A DNA stretch of 64,000 nt from Escherichia phage PHB11: the sequence record MK524176.1; one strand, given 5' to 3'. The notes under the pieces were generated by a model. The model saw nothing but the letters and a program-made list of their open reading frames with translations. It ran no database searches and was not told the origin of the DNA. Both the position numbers and the translations under genes were made by a program. Shown piece by piece: positions 14,183 to 23,376 of this stretch. The first letter of the stretch is position 1; each line of letters opens with the position of its first letter.

Positions 14183-14740
14183 ATGAGATATTTGAAGTAT
14201 GCTTCATGGATTTTCCTAGCTTTGTTAGACCCATTGGCAGCAATCTTAGCAGTTATCTTAGCACCTTTCGTAGTTCCATTTTACAGTGAGAAGAAAGGAC
14301 ACTTACCTTTCGGATTTAGATGGATGGAAACTTATGACAACCCAATTGACGGTGATGAAGGTCATGTCAAACGATGGGCTAAGATTAGAAAGATTGGTAA
14401 GCTTGGTATCTATATGCAGAGAGTCGGTTGGCTCTGGAGAAACAAAGCTTATAACTTCTCCTACCATGTGTTAGGAAGAGATGTAAAAGATGTTACTAAG
14501 TGGAAAGGTAATATCAACGTAAGTTCTGACCCTGAAGATAATCAGACAGGTTATCTCTTAATGTGGAACAGTAATGCTTGGGGATTATTCGCTTTTATCC
14601 CATCAATTAAAGTCTTTGGTAAACAATTCTACTGGAGAATTTATGTTGGATGGAAACTTAAAAGTGTTGTCCCAGAAGAAAGAGCATTCTCAAGGGAAAG
14701 AGTTATGTTGACATTCTTTATTCATCCACTAAGAAAGTAA
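14183..14740 (+). CDS. Hypothetical membrane protein encoded inside the tRNA array
   Basis: 185-aa ORF, AAGAGG RBS, N-terminal hydrophobic segment IFLALLDPLAAILAVILAPFVVPF. Confidence 0.6.
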   Translation: MRYLKYASWIFLALLDPLAAILAVILAPFVVPFYSEKKGHLPFGFRWMETYDNPIDGDEGHVKRWAKIRKIGKLGIYMQRVGWLWRNKAYNFSYHVLGRDVKDVTKWKGNINVSSDPEDNQTGYLLMWNSNAWGLFAFIPSIKVFGKQFYWRIYVGWKLKSVVPEERAFSRERVMLTFFIHPLRK

Positions 14741-14748
14741 AGATTTAA

Positions 14749-14821
14749 AGGGGATTAGTTTACAAGGTTAAAACCTCGGTCTTTGAAATCGAAGAAGTTG
14801 GTTCAATTCCAACATCCCCCG
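14749..14821 (+). tRNA. tRNA-Gln (anticodon TTG)
   Basis: Acceptor AGGGGAT/ATCCCCC (1:72 mismatch), D-arm GTTT-ACAAGGTTA-AAAC, stem TCGGT/ATCGA, loop CTTTGAA, T-arm GTTGG-TTCAATT-CCAAC, CCA encoded. Confidence 0.6.
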
Positions 14822-14826
14822 CCAAT

Positions 14827-14902
14827 GCTCCATTACTCCAATTGGCAGAGAGGCCAGACTTAAAATCTGTGTTATGTATCGGTTCGAATCCGATATGGAG
14901 TA
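14827..14902 (+). tRNA. tRNA with anticodon TAA (Leu-type anticodon; no long variable arm in manual fold)
   Basis: Acceptor GCTCCAT/ATGGAGT, loop CTTAAAA, T-arm ATCGG-TTCGAAT-CCGAT, A73, CCA encoded; anticodon stem has one mismatch. Confidence 0.5.
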
Positions 14903-14910
14903 CCAAATTT

Positions 14911-14983
14911 AGCGGTATAGCATAACTGGCAATGCAGCAGTCTCTGAAGCTGTCTTATTAAGGTTCAAATCCTTATGCCGCTG
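14911..14983 (+). tRNA. tRNA-Gln (anticodon CTG)
   Basis: Acceptor AGCGGTA/TGCCGCT, D-arm GCAT-AACTGGCAA-TGC, loop CTCTGAA, T-arm TAAGG-TTCAAAT-CCTTA, CCA encoded. Confidence 0.6.
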
Positions 14984-15017
14984 CCACTTCTAAGGATTCT
15001 TACGAGAGTCCTTAAAT

Positions 15018-15090
15018 GTGGCCTTATCATAAATGGTAATGACCCATGCTGTGAACATGGTCTATACGGGTTCAAATCCCGTAGGTCACC
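15018..15090 (+). tRNA. tRNA-His (anticodon GTG)
   Basis: Acceptor GTGGCCT/AGGTCAC, stem CCATG/CATGG, loop CTGTGAA, T-arm ACGGG-TTCAAAT-CCCGT, C73, CCA encoded. Confidence 0.65.
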
Positions 15091-15098
15091 CCAATTTA

Positions 15099-15173
15099 TA
15101 GTCCAAGTAGCTTATATGGTTAAAGCGCGTGTCTGAAAAACATGAGAAGAGGGTTCAAATCCCACTGGACTAC
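15099..15173 (+). tRNA. tRNA-Phe (anticodon GAA)
   Basis: Acceptor TAGTCCA/TGGACTA (perfect), D-arm GCT-TATATGGTTAA-AGC, loop CTGAAAA, T-loop TTCAAAT. Confidence 0.6.
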
Positions 15174-15191
15174 CAATTTCAAAGGTGCTTA

Positions 15192-15926
15192 ATGAAAGAG
15201 ATGACAGAACAAGGTAAGGAGATTTTTAATCTCTTAAAAACCGGTAGAGGGTTTTCTAATCCCCTTATTACTGGTGCAGCAGTTCTCGGTGGAACCGTAG
15301 CTGCCTCTACATCACTTGTAAGCTCTATTAGCTCTGTAACAGACCCTACAATAAAGGATAAACTTGTTGCTGCTGGACTTACAACAGTTCTGCTTAACAG
15401 CTTTACAACGAGTCTGACAAGCACTACATCAACCACTAAAACACTGACAGATTACGGTCAAAAGTCCATTGCTGAGTTTTCATCACGTATGCAGGTAGCA
15501 AAAGGATATTCCAATGTTATGGGTGCAGCAGGAGAACAAGTCGGTTGTACACCATTTAGTGGTATTATGGGTGTTGCTACAGAATATGGTCAAAAAGCTA
15601 TTGACACGATTAACAGTACACTAGATAGTGTTAACGGTGTATTAAGTGACTTACAGGATGCTATTGATAAAGGTCTTGATACTATTTCTGATTTAGCTAA
15701 CCAAGCTGTTAGCAAGATTAATGAAGGTATCTCAAAGATTACAGCTTATGCAGATGAAGTTGTGCAGATGATTGAAGAAGAAGCTGCCCTTATTGCAGAG
15801 TACCTTAAAACAAATATCAATGGGTTCTTAGCAGGTATCTTACCAGACTGGTTTGACGATGCTTGTAAAACTGGTGTGATTGACACTATTGCAACACCAG
15901 AAATGAAGAACGCATTACAGAAATAA
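15192..15926 (+). CDS. Hypothetical protein (Ser/Thr-rich N-terminal region)
   Basis: ORF-track 15129 start lies inside tRNA-Phe; first ATG after the tRNA is 15192 with AAAGGTG RBS; 244 aa. Confidence 0.6.
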   Translation: MKEMTEQGKEIFNLLKTGRGFSNPLITGAAVLGGTVAASTSLVSSISSVTDPTIKDKLVAAGLTTVLLNSFTTSLTSTTSTTKTLTDYGQKSIAEFSSRMQVAKGYSNVMGAAGEQVGCTPFSGIMGVATEYGQKAIDTINSTLDSVNGVLSDLQDAIDKGLDTISDLANQAVSKINEGISKITAYADEVVQMIEEEAALIAEYLKTNINGFLAGILPDWFDDACKTGVIDTIATPEMKNALQK

Positions 15927-15927
15927 T

Positions 15928-16017
15928 GGAAGATTAACCCTAAAAGGTAAGGGAGCAGTTTGCTAAACTGCCAGTAGCTGAGAAATCGGTGTATCAGTTC
16001 AAGTCTGGTATCTTCCT
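15928..16017 (+). tRNA. tRNA-Ser (anticodon GCT), long variable arm
   Basis: Acceptor GGAAGAT/ATCTTCC, stem GCAGT/ACTGC, loop TTGCTAA, long variable arm, T-loop TTCAAGT, CCA encoded; 90 nt. Confidence 0.65.
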
Positions 16018-16024
16018 CCAATTT

Positions 16025-16097
16025 GAATCCGTGACAGAAATGGCTATGTGCCTGTCTGCAAAACAGGTTTATAAGGGTTCGAGTCCCTTCGGATTCT
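16025..16097 (+). tRNA. tRNA-Cys (anticodon GCA)
   Basis: Acceptor GAATCCG/CGGATTC (perfect), stem CCTGT/ACAGG, loop CTGCAAA, T-arm AAGGG-TTCGAGT-CCCTT, CCA encoded. Confidence 0.7.
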
Positions 16098-16138
16098 CCA
16101 AGTTATTTTACTCTCTCTCTCAATTAAAATAATAATAA

Positions 16139-16200
16139 TGCCCTGCTATAAGTATTCTTCCTTTCGCTACCGAAGAGTATTTTTAGACAGGGCTTTTTTA
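16139..16200 (+). terminator. Terminator at the end of the tRNA array (long hairpin plus T6)
   Basis: GCCCTG ... CAGGGC enclosing an imperfect internal palindrome, followed by TTTTTT. Confidence 0.55.
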
Positions 16201-16264
16201 CAGAGTTATACTTTATAAGAAGCCTTATACAGTATGTCTCTGACGTACATTGTGGTTTCTCCTT

Positions 16265-16290
16265 GACGGTCTCTGTACCGTCTTTTTTAA
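16265..16290 (+). terminator. Second tandem terminator
   Basis: GACGGT-CTCTGT-ACCGTC then TTTTTT. Confidence 0.6.
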
Positions 16291-16324
16291 GGGGAAACAT
16301 AATTAATTATTTGGAGAAAACATA

Positions 16325-16525
16325 ATGAGTGAGAACGTTTATAAAGAACTTTATGAAGCTAATAAGAAGCTAGAATTTATGCAGAACACTATCATGGCAA
16401 TTGCAGATAGATTGTCTGTAGCAACAGGTATTGATATTAAAGAGGCATCTATGGATGCACTTCTTGATGCTGTTGATGCAAAGTTCGAAGTTAAGAAAGA
16501 AGAGACTGCTACAGACTCTGAATAA
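16325..16525 (+). CDS. Hypothetical small protein (possible terminase small subunit by position)
   Basis: 66-aa ORF, GGAG RBS, directly upstream of terminase large subunit. Confidence 0.45.
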   Translation: MSENVYKELYEANKKLEFMQNTIMAIADRLSVATGIDIKEASMDALLDAVDAKFEVKKEETATDSE

Positions 16526-16546
16526 TTCTATTTGCGGAGGTGCTTA

Positions 16547-18148
16547 ATGGACTTAAATGCTGTTAAGCAGAAGCGAGTGGAAGACGTTAGGAAAGTCCTA
16601 GCTGGAGAGTTGGGGCTTTCTGATGAAGTAAAAGAAATTATCAAATCATTCGGTAAAGACCCCTCTAAATTCCTTCCAACTCAAATTCTGACTTTATTAA
16701 GATACACACCAGACCAAGTTAGACTTATCTTCAAATTGATGACTGATAAGAACTATGTAGCCCCTCAGCCGGGTTCTCAAGAGGTCTTTTTAAATACTAA
16801 TGCTGACTTGGTTTTATATGGTGGTGCTGCTGGTGCTGGTAAAACTGCTGCATTGTTAATGGACTCTTTAAGGTTTATTGAAGACCCTAACTATAATGCT
16901 GTATATTTCCGTCGAAATACAACACAGTTACAAGGTGGTTTATGGCCTGCTGCAAAGAAACTATTTGGTAAGTTTGGTGGGGTTCCTCACGAGCAGAAGA
17001 TGACTATCACATTTCCTTCTGGGGCAACTATCAAGTTCACCTACCTAGAACTTGAAAAGCACGCTGAAGGTCATCAGGGTATTGAATACTCAGCTATCTA
17101 CTTTGACGAAGGTACACACTTCTCTGCTTCACAGATTTCATACCTACAGACCCGTCTACGTTCTGGTGCTGAAGGTGACTCATACATGAAGATTTCTATG
17201 AACCCAGACAGGGACCACTTCATTTATGATTGGGTAGAACCCTTCTTAGATGAAGAAGGTTACCCAGACCCTGAGAAGTGCGGTCGTATTCGTTGGTATG
17301 TTATGAATGATGGTGTGATGGTTTCTGATTGGGAAAGAGACAAGATTCTTGAAATGTTCCCTCTTGAGATTCCTCAGACATACACCTTCATCTCTGGTAC
17401 GATTGATGATAACCCAATTCTTGACTTCTTAGAACCTAAATATCGTGGTAAGTTGGAAAACAACACACCTGTAAACGTTGCAAGACTTCGTTTCGGTAAC
17501 TGGAAGGCTCGTGCAGAAGGTTCAAACTATTGGCAAAGACAATGGTGTGAGATTGTTGATTCACTCCCAGAAGATGTGTTTGATGTCAGAGCATGGGACT
17601 TAGCAGCGACTTTACCATCTGAAATTAACCCTAACCCAGACTGGACAGCGGGTGTTAAGATGGGTAAATCTAAAAAAGACGGTTGCTATTATATCATTGA
17701 TGTAGTAAGATTTAGAGATAGACCCTCTGGAGTCGAAACACAAATTAATTTGACTGCTGAAAGTGACGGTAAGCGAACTGGTATTTTTATCCCTCAAGAC
17801 CCAGGCGCTGCTGGTAAATCCTATGCAACATCCCTCATCAGGAAACTTGCCGAGAAAGGTTATCGCGCAAGAGCTAAACCAACAAATAAAGATAAAGTTA
17901 CCCGCTTTGCGGGATTTTCTGCTGCTTCTGAAGCTGGACTTGTAAAAGTCTTGAGAGGTAGTTGGAACGAAGCTTACTTCCAAGAACTTGAAGGTTTTTG
18001 TGGTGACGGCAAAACTAAAGATGACCAAGTGGATGCTACCAGTGATGCTTTCAACAGTCTTAATGAAGTTAAATTATTCAAGCCACCATCAATGGGTGCT
18101 CACACAGACTTAGTGAGAGGAAACCCATACGAGGGGCTTAGACGTTGA
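16547..18148 (+). CDS. Terminase large subunit
   Basis: Walker A-like LYGGAAGAGKT; about 530 aa; start moved to ATG 16547 (GGAGGTG RBS) from the upstream TTG of the ORF track. Confidence 0.75.
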   Translation: MDLNAVKQKRVEDVRKVLAGELGLSDEVKEIIKSFGKDPSKFLPTQILTLLRYTPDQVRLIFKLMTDKNYVAPQPGSQEVFLNTNADLVLYGGAAGAGKTAALLMDSLRFIEDPNYNAVYFRRNTTQLQGGLWPAAKKLFGKFGGVPHEQKMTITFPSGATIKFTYLELEKHAEGHQGIEYSAIYFDEGTHFSASQISYLQTRLRSGAEGDSYMKISMNPDRDHFIYDWVEPFLDEEGYPDPEKCGRIRWYVMNDGVMVSDWERDKILEMFPLEIPQTYTFISGTIDDNPILDFLEPKYRGKLENNTPVNVARLRFGNWKARAEGSNYWQRQWCEIVDSLPEDVFDVRAWDLAATLPSEINPNPDWTAGVKMGKSKKDGCYYIIDVVRFRDRPSGVETQINLTAESDGKRTGIFIPQDPGAAGKSYATSLIRKLAEKGYRARAKPTNKDKVTRFAGFSAASEAGLVKVLRGSWNEAYFQELEGFCGDGKTKDDQVDATSDAFNSLNEVKLFKPPSMGAHTDLVRGNPYEGLRR

Positions 18149-18164
18149 TAGCTAGGTGAGAAGA

Positions 18165-19631
18165 ATGGCAGAAATTACAGAAACACAAGAAAGCTTACCA
18201 CCATTTAGAATGGGTGAAGTAGGTTCTTTGGGTCTGAAGGTTAAGAATGGTAGAATCTATGAAGAACCTCGTCAGGCACTAAGGTTCCCTGAAAGTATTA
18301 AAACTTTCCAATTAATGATGCGTGACCCTGCTGTAGCAGCATCTGTGAATATTATTAAGATGTTTGTCAGAAAAGTCAACTGGAGATTCGTACCTCCAAA
18401 GGGAAAAGAGCAAGACCCTAAAATGCTTGAAAGAGCAGACTTCTTTAATTCTTTAATGGATGACATGGAGCATGATTGGGCAGATTTTATTAACTCTGTA
18501 ATGTCATTCTGCACTTATGGGTTCTGTGTTAACGAAAAGGTTTATAAGAAACGTCAGGGTAAAAAAGGAAAGTATCAGTCAAAATTTGATGATGGTCTAA
18601 TTGGGTGGGCTAAATTACCAATCAGAAACCAGTCAACACTTGATAAGTGGTATTTTGACGAAGACTTTAGAAAAGTTACTGGTGTCAGACAAAATCTAAG
18701 AAATGTTTCACATATTGCTGGAGCAATTAATCTTGGAGAAAGACCACTAACAAGAAAACTTCCACGAGCTAAATTCATGCTGTTTAAGTATGATGATGAG
18801 TATGGTAACCCAGAAGGTCGTTCACCATTACTTAATGCTTATGTACCGTGGAAGTATAAAGTACAGATTGAAGAGTATGAAGCTGTTGGTGTTTCAAGAG
18901 ACTTAGTAGGTATGCCAAAAATTGGTTTACCACCAGATTATCTGGATGAAAATGCAGAACCTGAAAAGAAAGCTTTCGTACAATACTGCAAAACTGTTGT
19001 TAATGATATGATTGCTAATGACAGAGCAGGTTTAATCTGGCCTAGATATATCGACCCAGAAACTAAAGAGGATATCTTTGAGTTCTCATTAGTTTCTAGA
19101 CAGGGTGCTAAAGCATATGACACAGGCTCTATCATTGACAGATATTCCAAGCAGATTATGATGGCATTTATGTCAGATGTTCTTGCTATGGGTCAATCAA
19201 AATATGGTTCATTCTCTCTTGCAGATTCTAAGACAAGCTTATTAGCAATGTCAGTAGATATTCTGCTGAAGCAAATTAAGAACGTAATTAACCGTGACTT
19301 AGTTGCACAGACTTATGCTCTTAATATGTGGGATGATGAAGAACATGTACAAATCACATATGATGATATCGAAACTCCAGACCTTGAAGCAATTGGTTCT
19401 TATATTCAGAAGACTGTTGCAGTAGGTGCTTTGGAAGTTGACAAAGAGCTATCTAATAAGCTTAGAGAGCATATTGGTCTTCCTCCTGCTGATGAGTCTC
19501 AGCCAGTATCTGAAAAGCTTTCTCCGAATAGTCAAAGCCGTTCAGGAGATGGTTATAAGACCGCTGGAGAAGGTACTGCAAAGACACCTTCAGCGAAAGA
19601 CCCAAGCACAGCAAATAAGGCAAATAAATAA
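18165..19631 (+). CDS. Portal protein (putative)
   Basis: About 490 aa directly downstream of terminase; ATG 18165 with AGGTGAGAAG RBS. Confidence 0.55.
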   Translation: MAEITETQESLPPFRMGEVGSLGLKVKNGRIYEEPRQALRFPESIKTFQLMMRDPAVAASVNIIKMFVRKVNWRFVPPKGKEQDPKMLERADFFNSLMDDMEHDWADFINSVMSFCTYGFCVNEKVYKKRQGKKGKYQSKFDDGLIGWAKLPIRNQSTLDKWYFDEDFRKVTGVRQNLRNVSHIAGAINLGERPLTRKLPRAKFMLFKYDDEYGNPEGRSPLLNAYVPWKYKVQIEEYEAVGVSRDLVGMPKIGLPPDYLDENAEPEKKAFVQYCKTVVNDMIANDRAGLIWPRYIDPETKEDIFEFSLVSRQGAKAYDTGSIIDRYSKQIMMAFMSDVLAMGQSKYGSFSLADSKTSLLAMSVDILLKQIKNVINRDLVAQTYALNMWDDEEHVQITYDDIETPDLEAIGSYIQKTVAVGALEVDKELSNKLREHIGLPPADESQPVSEKLSPNSQSRSGDGYKTAGEGTAKTPSAKDPSTANKANK

Positions 19632-20131
19632 TGGCTGAAATTATCTCTATTTCAAATGCTACACGGGTGCATTCGTATAGAGGTGTCCTTATCATTACTG
19701 ATAAGTTATCTGTAGAGGCTGGCTCAAGGGTCAGCCTTTCAGGTTATGTTAGTGATGGTGGAATCTCTGACGTTTTCACTATTTGCAGGTTACTTGATGC
19801 ACCAATGAGTGGAAAACCGTTTATTTCAGGAAATTGTAGTGAAATTGTTAAAATTCCATTTGACAGTTCATGCCTTTTGGGTGTAAAGTTATATAACTGC
19901 GAGAATAAACGTATCAATGTTAATAGCATTGAAGCCGCTTTCATTACCCTCGACACTGCATTTCAATCTCCAATGACAGTTAATAAAGAAACAAACAGAC
20001 TTGAATACATTTTTTCACAAAATGATTACAAAGTACTTGTCAAAGGTAAAGTATATGATATGATTGTAAATGTGGTAGATGAATCTGGTAACCATTCAAC
20101 AGTCCTTAAACAAAAAGTAAGGTTTAATTAA
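19631..20131 (+). CDS. Hypothetical head-module protein
   Basis: 166-aa ORF, start overlaps upstream stop. Confidence 0.5.
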   Translation: MAEIISISNATRVHSYRGVLIITDKLSVEAGSRVSLSGYVSDGGISDVFTICRLLDAPMSGKPFISGNCSEIVKIPFDSSCLLGVKLYNCENKRINVNSIEAAFITLDTAFQSPMTVNKETNRLEYIFSQNDYKVLVKGKVYDMIVNVVDESGNHSTVLKQKVRFN

Positions 20132-20463
20132 TGGGAACATTAACTATTGATGGTAAGAATAAAATCCTCGCCACGCTAACCCCAACGACTATTATTTTAC
20201 ACAATGTAGACCCAACGGCAGACCCTACAGCAAATAAGGTTACTCAGCCAGTGGCTATTTATTTTTCTGAACCGGATAATGGCTTAATTGCCTCAGAAGA
20301 CACAGTTAATATCACTGTTCCAGCTTCTGCAACGGTCTCACACTATAGCTTGTGGGATGCTAACGATAAATGCGTGGCAACTGGTGCTCTTAGCAAACCT
20401 CAATTCTTTGCTGAAGAAGGTATCTATGTTATCTCTTCAGTCTCTGTAGATTTAAACAAATAG
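20131..20463 (+). CDS. Hypothetical head-module protein
   Basis: 110-aa ORF, start overlaps upstream stop. Confidence 0.5.
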   Translation: MGTLTIDGKNKILATLTPTTIILHNVDPTADPTANKVTQPVAIYFSEPDNGLIASEDTVNITVPASATVSHYSLWDANDKCVATGALSKPQFFAEEGIYVISSVSVDLNK

Positions 20464-20474
20464 GGTGAGTAAAA

Positions 20475-21821
20475 ATGAGTTCGAATATCTTCAGACTTGC
20501 TGATAGATTATTCAACCAACCTTTACTAGCCACTGAATCATTAGCTCACTCAGCAGCAACTTATGTGAATAACAGATTGCTGGGTGATGTCCAAGCAGCA
20601 GTAAACTTTGATAAACCCAAAGGTGAAGCAAGAAGTCTTTTAAAAGTAAAAGATGACATTGCTATTATCCCTATTATGGGTGGTTTAACCCATCGTATGA
20701 CATTCATTGATGCAATGTGTACAGGTGGTTTAAGCTCTTATGAAGGTTTGCGCAGAGGCTTTGACGAAGCTTTAGCAGATGAGTCAATCAAGACTATTGT
20801 TCTGCATATTGATTCTGGTGGTGGTGAAGCTTCAGGTTGCTTTGAATTAGCACGTCACATTATGGCTTCAAGAGGCCAAAAGAAAATTATTGCTTATGTA
20901 GATGAGTTCGCTTGTTCCGCTGCATATGCCCTTGCATCTTCTGCTGAAGAAATTATTGCATCACCAGATGCAGATGTTGGTTCTATTGGTGTAATCATGG
21001 TTCATCAGGAATTAACTAAGGCATTTGAAAAGAATGGCGTAACAATTAACGTCATCAAAGCTGGTGAGTTTAAAGGTATGGGTTCACCATTCCAAGCACT
21101 TTCAGAAGAAAGCAAAGAAAGACTTCAAAAGAGAATTAATGATACCTACGCAACCTTTACAGGTTTTGTAGCTGAATCACGTAATCTCTCTGAAGAAGCT
21201 GTAAAGAATACTGAGGCGAATGTTTATTCTGCTCAGGAAGCTCTTGAACTTGGTTTAATTAACTCAATCATGTCTCAAGATGATTTCTTAAATTACTTAC
21301 AAGGTTCTGAAGAGGCTCCTGTAAGTTTAAACGTTAACAATTCAGGTGAAGAAATGACTGAACAAGAAAAGCAAGAACTAGAAGCTTTGCGTCTTCAGGT
21401 TGCTCAAATGAAAGCTAAAGAACAGGAAGCTGCTTTGTCAGATTTGACTAATAAGATTTCTGCTTCTGCTGAAGCTTTTGGATTTGATGCAAAAGAAGCT
21501 GCAACGACTATTTTAGGTGCTGGTCTTGATAACCCTCTGAGCGTTCTGTTTATGAATGCTATGGAAGGTGCTAACCAGAAACTTAATGAAACTATCGCGT
21601 CCCATGCTTCTGCAATGGAAGAAAAAGAATCAGAAATTACCAAGCTGAAAGAAACTGCTGGTGCTGTTCTTGAACATTCCAACGCTATGGAAGAAGTGGG
21701 TAATGACGGCGAAGCTGATTTGGTTGAAGAAGAAAAAGAACCAGCTAAGAATGCTTCCGAAGACACCGCTGAACAACGCAAACTGGCTCTCCAGAATGCT
21801 CTAAAATCTCTTATCAAATAA
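20475..21821 (+). CDS. Prohead protease, S49/ClpP-like, with C-terminal coiled-coil (scaffold-like) region
   Basis: VLHIDSGGGEASG and DEFACSAAYALAS motifs; C-terminal Ala/Glu/Lys-rich helical region. Confidence 0.65.
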   Translation: MSSNIFRLADRLFNQPLLATESLAHSAATYVNNRLLGDVQAAVNFDKPKGEARSLLKVKDDIAIIPIMGGLTHRMTFIDAMCTGGLSSYEGLRRGFDEALADESIKTIVLHIDSGGGEASGCFELARHIMASRGQKKIIAYVDEFACSAAYALASSAEEIIASPDADVGSIGVIMVHQELTKAFEKNGVTINVIKAGEFKGMGSPFQALSEESKERLQKRINDTYATFTGFVAESRNLSEEAVKNTEANVYSAQEALELGLINSIMSQDDFLNYLQGSEEAPVSLNVNNSGEEMTEQEKQELEALRLQVAQMKAKEQEAALSDLTNKISASAEAFGFDAKEAATTILGAGLDNPLSVLFMNAMEGANQKLNETIASHASAMEEKESEITKLKETAGAVLEHSNAMEEVGNDGEADLVEEEKEPAKNASEDTAEQRKLALQNALKSLIK

Positions 21822-21832
21822 GGAACACAATA

Positions 21833-22210
21833 ATGGCATATCAAGGTTTTACTAAGTTAGGTAAAAGAGAACCTCTGAATGATATCATTCTTTGGGAACA
21901 GGTTACCCCAACAGGCCACTCTCGTAAAGAGTACACTCCAGTTGCTTCAACAGAATACCGTGTAGGTGAAGTTCTGAAAGCAGACGGTACTAAGGTACAA
22001 GCTGGAGAAGAAACTCAGGCTGATTCTGTATGTATCGTTAACTTTTATGCAGACCTGCAACTGTCTTACCACGGTCAGTTGAAAGTTGTCGGTATTTACC
22101 GTGATGCAGAATTAAAAGACATGCTGACTCTTGAATCAAGCGTTGATGCTGATGCAGTCAAGAAAGCACTGGCTGCTAAAGGTATTGATTTCGTACCAAC
22201 TGGCCTGTAA
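21833..22210 (+). CDS. Hypothetical head protein (decoration or scaffold candidate)
   Basis: 125-aa ORF between protease and major capsid genes. Confidence 0.4.
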   Translation: MAYQGFTKLGKREPLNDIILWEQVTPTGHSRKEYTPVASTEYRVGEVLKADGTKVQAGEETQADSVCIVNFYADLQLSYHGQLKVVGIYRDAELKDMLTLESSVDADAVKKALAAKGIDFVPTGL

Positions 22211-22243
22211 TAACAATAATAAGACATTCTGGAGAATTTTACA

Positions 22244-23356
22244 ATGTTGACTAATTCTGAAAAAAGCAGATTTTTCCTTGCTGACCTGACTGGTGAAGTC
22301 CAGTCTATCCCAAATACTTATGGGTATATTTCCAACTTAGGTCTGTTCCGTTCAGCACCAATCACCCAAACTACTTTCCTTATGGACTTGACTGATTGGG
22401 ATGTTAGCTTGCTTGATGCGGTAGACCGTGATAGCCGTAAAGCAGAGACTAGCGCACCTGAGCGTGTTCGTCAAATCAGCTTCCCAATGATGTACTTCAA
22501 AGAAGTTGAAAGCATCACTCCTGATGAAATTCAGGGTGTACGTCAGCCAGGCACTGCAAACGAGCTTACTACTGAAGCTGTAGTACGTGCTAAGAAGCTG
22601 ATGAAGATTCGTACCAAGTTCGATATTACTCGTGAGTTCCTGTTTATGCAAGCTCTGAAGGGTAAAGTTGTTGATGCTCGTGGTACTCTGTACGCTGACC
22701 TGTACAAGCAGTTCGACGTTGAGAAGAAGACTATTCACTTCGACCTTGACAATCCTAATGCTGACATCGACGCTGCTATTGAAGAACTGCGTATGCACAT
22801 GGAAGACGAAGCTAAGACTGGCACTGTAATCAACGGTGAAGAAATTCACGTAGTCGTTGACCGTGTATTCTTCAGCAAACTGGTTAAGCATCCTAAGATT
22901 CGTGACGCTTATCTTGCACAGCAGACTCCACTGGCTTGGCAGCAGATTACTGGTTCTCTGAGAACTGGTGGTACTGACGGCGTTCAGGCTCATATGAATA
23001 CTTTCTACTACGGTGGTGTTAAGTTTGTCCAGTACAACGGTAAGTTCAAAGACAAGCGCGGTAAGGTTCACACTCTGGTTAGCATTGATGGTGTTACTCA
23101 GGATGGAACTGTAGGTGTAGGTCATGCTTTCCCTAACGTTTCTATGCTGGGTGAAGCAAACAACATCTTCGAAGTGGCATATGGTCCATGTCCTAAGATG
23201 GGTTATGCAAATACACTTGGTCAGGAACTGTACGTATTCGAATACGAAAAAGACCGTGACGAAGGTATCGACTTTGAAGCTCACTCTTACATGCTGCCAT
23301 ACTGTACTCGTCCTCAGTTGCTGGTAGATGTTCGTTCTGACGCTAAAGGTGGCTGA
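22244..23356 (+). CDS. Major capsid protein (putative)
   Basis: 370-aa ORF in canonical position after protease/scaffold. Confidence 0.6.
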   Translation: MLTNSEKSRFFLADLTGEVQSIPNTYGYISNLGLFRSAPITQTTFLMDLTDWDVSLLDAVDRDSRKAETSAPERVRQISFPMMYFKEVESITPDEIQGVRQPGTANELTTEAVVRAKKLMKIRTKFDITREFLFMQALKGKVVDARGTLYADLYKQFDVEKKTIHFDLDNPNADIDAAIEELRMHMEDEAKTGTVINGEEIHVVVDRVFFSKLVKHPKIRDAYLAQQTPLAWQQITGSLRTGGTDGVQAHMNTFYYGGVKFVQYNGKFKDKRGKVHTLVSIDGVTQDGTVGVGHAFPNVSMLGEANNIFEVAYGPCPKMGYANTLGQELYVFEYEKDRDEGIDFEAHSYMLPYCTRPQLLVDVRSDAKGG

Positions 23357-23376
23357 TAAACTTAGGAGGGTTATGA

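Noticed and set aside
15129-15191. ORF-track start of the 265-aa ORF at 15129
   Set aside because: That start lies inside tRNA-Phe (15099-15173); the first ATG with an RBS after the tRNA is 15192.
21404-21844. 146-aa minus-strand ORF overlapping the protease/scaffold gene (also 17612..18028 and 9192..9458 on the opposite strand of strong genes)
   Set aside because: Antisense to confidently called genes, no RBS, biased composition.
22352-23284. 310-aa ORF on the minus strand inside the major capsid gene
   Set aside because: Fully antisense to a well-supported structural gene in a strictly plus-strand module; low-complexity translation; taken as a chance antisense ORF.
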